A DNA stretch of 64,000 nt from Sulfuricurvum sp. GTDB taxonomy: Bacteria; Campylobacterota; Campylobacteria; Campylobacterales; Sulfurimonadaceae. Each line of letters begins with the position of its first letter. The stretch's first letter is position 1. Below the pieces are notes generated by a model. It did not search any database. It was given only the letters and a program-made list of their open reading frames with translations, and was not told the origin of the DNA. Of the stretch, positions 60,801 to 64,000 are shown piece by piece. The stretch lies in the NCBI RefSeq assembly GCF_028710345.1, contig NZ_JAQTUH010000009.1:12580-76579 (forward strand), written 5' to 3'. The position numbers were made by a program, and so were the translations under genes.

Positions 60801-60893
60801 AAATCGTATGCAAAATTGATCCCTATAAATAATCCTGTGAAGATGTGGTTGGATGGGAATTTAAGTATGTTGAAGATTGAACTTAGTTATTAA
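57876..60893 (+). CDS. Sacsin-like GHKL ATPase with C-terminal DUF3883 nuclease-like domain
   Basis: YELLQNAQDA, HNG, IGKFGAGFKSVF; GYDF...YIEVKG; ATGA overlap with NERD. Confidence 0.85.
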   Translation: MSIAELTQKRFSHVESCKLNSDNSHRIIANLYSDSTHFLYELLQNAQDAEATSVSFELHPDRLETSHNGRAFSFTDVESITTIGSSTKSNEPNKIGKFGAGFKSVFSITDTPHIYSGTYNFKISDYIIPETIDPLENQSDEHTSVLLPFDRAEIDAKTLYVSIAKRLRSIGKDELLFLSNLCRIDWKIGDEAGYVEKAIDEASETRSLITLETHNKTERFELYRRSFTIENKLLECKIAFALNAYDRYVSIGTNPLYVFFPTVVPTNLQFLIHAPYKTTPNRETINFSDPQNQTITDNIVELYKSVLKDMAERKVLDVETMGLFPLSSQSGELSQKMLEASIFLFKTHPLIPTQEGGYALPSSLFSLNGELDHTFFYESQIHTLFEKTAWIHEGFYKPIHLVLKRFLNSYLNVMEYKLNDILHSITEEFLVAKSNEWMGTFYGEFDKAKHYVNSYLLNRPLARLEDGSQIPFKSERGDIQVYIHPGMSTRFQCLHPDTTASTGAKSFLNSIGVKAPDVIDEIKEFILPTLTTLSKDLDSTETYLQGMGTLLEIYNDSEPSNRSRIVELIKTSACILAVYKGEFKVARPQDVYLPTEPLKRWFVGDTSISMMDAALWAVLSSSDLGTSLPFQIRPEIKMADPHIDSAHKERLRHTPLVVDRGGDDFSWEGLDRLLSTPIDKELSLIIWNFLISYLEEKKNILRGYYRWQSPFNNHEKEFDSKICVLLKQTSWLYDQDGVVHKPTKLKAEELSEAYSFDAMGVDVKELLSLLSFKTDAIEDLEKQGYKIITPDEAEAFESFKKLQQQSIEEEEPILWNPASPNIGTWVSEADPDMKVDIEIYEPKPKKSKDLRNQTPQSFFEDEMEEPYRPFVPKTIRKSIGEWSEKYVYRYLQDFCEQNADKGYHVRWMNNEKDVGWGYDFVLMKGEKELRYIEVKGRSSNTSEIEISKTQWEFAKFLFDKGEGDKYSIFIVQNAGKSYAKLIPINNPVKMWLDGNLSMLKIELSY

Positions 60894-60909
60894 GTCTAAA
60901 GATTGATAT

Positions 60910-61362
60910 ATGAAAAAGCCAAAACATCCACGAACTTTAAAGTTAATCAAAAACTACATCCCAAAGCAACTCGTGAGCGATGAAATAGAAATCTATCCAA
61001 ACGGAATTTTTCAATTTTTTATCTCGAAAATCTTAGAAGATATCGATAACGGCATCTTCATACCGAAAATGGAACGGATCGATATTGCCAAATGGAGAAA
61101 AACGCACATAATAAATTCTGAGTCATTGGATCAAGTGCATCTTCAGCGTGTTAATACCAAACAACCCATAATTCAAGCAGAAATTCGCATCGGACAATTT
61201 GAGATAATCGATGGCAATCATCGAATTGAAAAAGCATACCGTGATGGCAAAAAGTCAATACATTCCTACAAAATATACGGTGAAGAGCTTGTCCCTTATT
61301 TTTACACTCAAGAAGGGTATGAGTGTTTTGTGAAGTATTGGAACTCAAAATTGGGTGATTAA
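60910..61362 (+). CDS. Small ParB/Srx-like domain protein
   Basis: QPII...EIIDGNHRIEKA motif; 16 nt after the upstream gene. Confidence 0.6.
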   Translation: MKKPKHPRTLKLIKNYIPKQLVSDEIEIYPNGIFQFFISKILEDIDNGIFIPKMERIDIAKWRKTHIINSESLDQVHLQRVNTKQPIIQAEIRIGQFEIIDGNHRIEKAYRDGKKSIHSYKIYGEELVPYFYTQEGYECFVKYWNSKLGD

Positions 61363-61374
61363 GGATTAGTTGGT

Positions 61375-62730
61375 TTAATCATTGTTTTTTAGACGGTATT
61401 TCTGCAATCGGCTGTTGGGTTTATCGGGAATGGTATATTCCACGACTCCATCACTAAGCAATTTATTCATGAGCTCATTAAGATAGCGGGTAGGTTTATC
61501 TTTGCCTAACATTTGAGCTATTTGTGATTTGGATAATGGCTTTTGACTCAAAAAGTGGAGGACTTGGGATGTAATATCCGACTCTACCCCTGACTCTACC
61601 CCTGACTCTACCCCTGACTCTACCCCCGTTTTGAGTAGAGTGACTAAAAATCCTCCATCTTCCTCATTCATTTGTGCTTCAGGCAATCCTGCCTCTTTGC
61701 ACGCATCTATGATTTTGATGGTTCCGCGCCCCCATGAATCGATATACCCAGCTTTGAAACAGACATCGGCGATGATCGGATTACGTGGACGGGAAGGGTG
61801 CTGACGTTTCAGTGCGTCTAAACTCATCCCCTCCGGGAGGGTTCCTTCGTTCCAAATACTGATCTTGTGATCATAGACACGGATTTGCGTCATACTTCCC
61901 ATGTAGTTGCGATGTACCAGTGCATTGAGGAGCATTTCGCGCAGAGCTGCTACTGGATATTCCCCTTTTTCAACTCTCTGTAACCCTTCAAACTCGATAG
62001 GTTTGATCAAAAATTTACGGTTGAGCTGATTGGGAACTTCATGCAGCAGATAGACAAGATTTCCCTCTTCGTTTTCCTGAAAGCGCAGATCGGCATCATC
62101 AGTCCCAAAACGTCCCATCTTCACTGTGAGGTTGGGGTAAAACTTTCCGGGATCTTTACCAAAGAGTACAATTGCAGCACGTTTGATCCCTTTTTCATCA
62201 GCAAGACGAAGTTTTTCGAGAATCTGAAAGGGTGTTAAACCGCTCACATCGGGTAAACGACCTTTCCCCTCTGCTTCAGCGATAAAGCGATTTAGGCTTG
62301 TAACGTCAATATCGTCAATATTTGCCAACGGTTCGATGGCGTTATCCCATGTCTTGCCCGCTTTTTTGAGTAAAAACTCATTGAGCGAAGCACCGGTGTA
62401 TTCGGTTTTTGTACTGCCGCTACGGTAATAGTAGTGACCGCGAAGCGATACGGCAACATCGTAAGGGGGGACGATGATTTCGAGATAGTGAATATGAGCA
62501 TCTTCTTTTAGATTGACTTCCGCCATGATCCCTAAATGATTGCGGATTTTATTGGGGATATCTTCGAGAAGTTTTTTGCTATCGCTTAGACCGATAACAT
62601 TTCCATCATCATTGACACCGATGTAGATCGTGCCGCCGTGAGCGTTGGCAAAGCCGCATACCCATTCAAGGTATTTATCATGCCAGCTCTCTTTGAATTC
62701 GACGTTTTGGCTTTCGTTGTTATGCAGCAT
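61375..62730 (-). CDS. AlbA_2 (Schlafen-like) / RecG-C-like ATP-binding protein with C-terminal HTH
   Basis: ESQNVEFK, FANAHGGTIYIG, ALREMLLNALVHRNY, PRNP, GRGTIK and PDKPNSRLQKY motifs. Confidence 0.9.
   Translation of the reverse strand: MLHNNESQNVEFKESWHDKYLEWVCGFANAHGGTIYIGVNDDGNVIGLSDSKKLLEDIPNKIRNHLGIMAEVNLKEDAHIHYLEIIVPPYDVAVSLRGHYYYRSGSTKTEYTGASLNEFLLKKAGKTWDNAIEPLANIDDIDVTSLNRFIAEAEGKGRLPDVSGLTPFQILEKLRLADEKGIKRAAIVLFGKDPGKFYPNLTVKMGRFGTDDADLRFQENEEGNLVYLLHEVPNQLNRKFLIKPIEFEGLQRVEKGEYPVAALREMLLNALVHRNYMGSMTQIRVYDHKISIWNEGTLPEGMSLDALKRQHPSRPRNPIIADVCFKAGYIDSWGRGTIKIIDACKEAGLPEAQMNEEDGGFLVTLLKTGVESGVESGVESGVESDITSQVLHFLSQKPLSKSQIAQMLGKDKPTRYLNELMNKLLSDGVVEYTIPDKPNSRLQKYRLKNND
61580..61626. 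repeat. 12-bp tandem repeat x4 encoding a GVES linker
   Basis: GACTCTACCCCT at 61580, 61592, 61604 and 61616. Confidence 0.95.
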
Positions 62731-62917
62731 TCATTTTCCACAGGCTGTTTGCGCAAGAAGTACCGATGGCACAACTTTCGATATTGAAAATTCTGTCATC
62801 AGCACTTCTTTGTTTATGTTTCATTTTACGTGTATAAGACTTTTTATCTTTTACGATGCGTGTTTGCAGGTTGATCTCTTTACGAAACGACTTTTGTATA
62901 GCGTTATCCCTTGTCAT
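62720..62917 (-). CDS. ArfA-like ribosome rescue factor candidate
   Basis: AGGAG RBS, TGcTACAAT promoter; RDNAI...TRIVKDKKSYTRKMKHK resembles ArfA KDNAI...QRVEKNKKGKGSYMRKGKH. Confidence 0.6.
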   Translation of the reverse strand: MTRDNAIQKSFRKEINLQTRIVKDKKSYTRKMKHKQRSADDRIFNIESCAIGTSCANSLWKMNAA

Positions 62918-62955
62918 GATTTGCTCCTAAAATTTTGAGTCATGAAATTGTAGCA

Positions 62956-63516
62956 CTATAAACGCTTTAATGTATCAATCAACGTCGATCGTTTCACCTC
63001 AAATGTTCGGCAAACGGCTGCTTTCGACATGCCATTATTCAAAGCTTCTAAAATAATATCCATCTTCTCTTGAGGGATAGCTCGCGGTCGTCCGCCGATT
63101 CGTCCTCGCTTTCTCGCTGCTGCCAACCCTGCATTGACTCGTTCCTGAATCAGTGAACGCTCGAATTGTGCGAGTGCTCCAAATACATGAAACAGTAATT
63201 CACCCGATGGGCTAGAGGTATCCATTCCCTCCGTTAGAGATTTGAATCCAACTCCTTTGGATTTTAGTTGTGAGATAATTTCAATCAAGTGGGGTAAGGA
63301 TCTGCCTAATCGATCCAGTTTCCAAACGACAAGGACATCACCTTCTTTGACATACTCCAAAGCTTTAGCTAATCCGATTCGATCATCTTTTGATCCAGAA
63401 GCTTTGTCTTCAAAAATGTGCCGCTCATCTATTCCTGCACTAATGAGTGCATCTCGCTGTAAATCAGTACTTTGTCGATCACCATCGGTTGAAACTCTCA
63501 TATATCCTATTAGCAT
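62956..63516 (-). CDS. tnpR: Serine recombinase (Tn3-type resolvase)
   Basis: LIGYMRVS, WKLDRLGRS, ALAQFER, GGRP and a C-terminal HTH. Confidence 0.95.
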   Translation of the reverse strand: MLIGYMRVSTDGDRQSTDLQRDALISAGIDERHIFEDKASGSKDDRIGLAKALEYVKEGDVLVVWKLDRLGRSLPHLIEIISQLKSKGVGFKSLTEGMDTSSPSGELLFHVFGALAQFERSLIQERVNAGLAAARKRGRIGGRPRAIPQEKMDIILEALNNGMSKAAVCRTFEVKRSTLIDTLKRL

Positions 63517-63635
63517 GTCGGAAAACCTCAAATTTTAGTATCCGACTATTATATCATTCCGATAGGGTTTTTCGTATAGATTATTGCATATTTTTAGTGC
63601 TTAATTATAGAGTAGGGGAGAGTGTACGAAAAATA
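63516..63635. promoter_or_regulatory. res site and tnpR promoter
   Basis: Repeated arms TGTCGGAAAACC, TCCGAC, TTCCGATA, GGGTTTTTCGTATA and GTGTACGAAAAA, plus TATAAT on the minus strand. Confidence 0.65.
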
Positions 63636-63805
63636 CTTATTTACCATCATATTTAAAAATGTCATTAATCACAATTGATATGGCTCTTCCACGAGAATCA
63701 GAACTAAAGTTACAGATAATTAATTACTATATAAAGGTAGAATTAAAAATATTCAGCTACCATTTCAATTACTACACTTGGGTAGAATAAATGATGGGGG
63801 TTAAA

Positions 63806-64000
63806 ATGACTGAGCGTATTACTAAAAATATGGCCAGAAATATTTACTTTGGCGGGGGTCTTTTTGCCATATTGGTATTTACAGGACTTACCTTTGATAC
63901 CGTTAAGCAAGTTCCAAAATTAAGTCATGATGACAAAATTACGGAGTCCGTGGCGCTTGGGAAAAGAGTATGGGAAAATAACAACTGTGTCGGTTGCCAT
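63806..64000 (+). CDS. norC: Nitric oxide reductase cytochrome c subunit, partial; not in ORF track
   Basis: MTERITKNMARNIYFGG...LTFDT...GKRVWENNNCVGCH, ending in the CxxCH haem motif; GGGGG RBS. Confidence 0.9.
   Translation, partial: MTERITKNMARNIYFGGGLFAILVFTGLTFDTVKQVPKLSHDDKITESVALGKRVWENNNCVGCH

Noticed and set aside
1008-63656. Numerous 60-140-aa ORFs antisense or out of frame within larger genes (e.g. 7447..7803, 10773..11186, 17005..17505, 50938..51348)
   Set aside because: They overlap well-supported genes and have no motifs or RBS; treated as shadow ORFs.
1-64000. CRISPR array, tRNA or rRNA genes
   Set aside because: No regularly spaced repeat-spacer array and no cas, tRNA or rRNA signatures seen by eye. 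The 25.4-kb and 33-kb repeats have irregular spacing and mixed orientation.

Overview
Large low-GC plasmid, or plasmid-derived segment, from a Campylobacterota (epsilonproteobacterial) bacterium, probably Sulfuricurvum-like. This is inferred from the epsilon-type HU, TatB/TatC and NorC sequences and the TGnTATAAT-type promoters. The replicon core at 32.5-37.9 kb has an iteron cluster, an unusually long Rep_3 initiator, two perfect parS-like palindromes, parA/parB and HU. The left arm (0-24.5 kb) is a mosaic of accessory genes. It holds a Tn3-family transposase with a divergent BrnT-like toxin, whose putative end abuts a tyrosine-recombinase remnant, and two inverted 138-aa paralogues bracketing kup, an amino-acid permease, a cation:H+ antiporter and an HTH/nucleotidyltransferase pair. 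It also holds a group II intron 3' remnant, an extra tatBC, PIN and AbiE toxin-antitoxin pairs, a leucine-attenuated leuA-methyltransferase-TauE operon and a TetR-controlled operon. The 24.6-31.5 kb region encodes envelope proteins, lipoproteins and a TraT-like protein next to an unexplained 18-bp repeat locus. The right arm (40-62.9 kb) is a dense defence island: AAA_14 ATPase, dGTPase remnant, SF1 helicase-DUF2726, Septu-like PtuAB, Hhe-like helicase, Ppl-like PHP-ATPase with a small partner, RmuC, NERD, GHKL-DUF3883, a ParB-like protein, an AlbA/Schlafen ATPase and an ArfA-like protein. The window ends in a resolvase, a res site and the start of norC. No rRNA, tRNA or CRISPR array was seen. 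All family assignments rest on motifs recognised by eye, with no database search.
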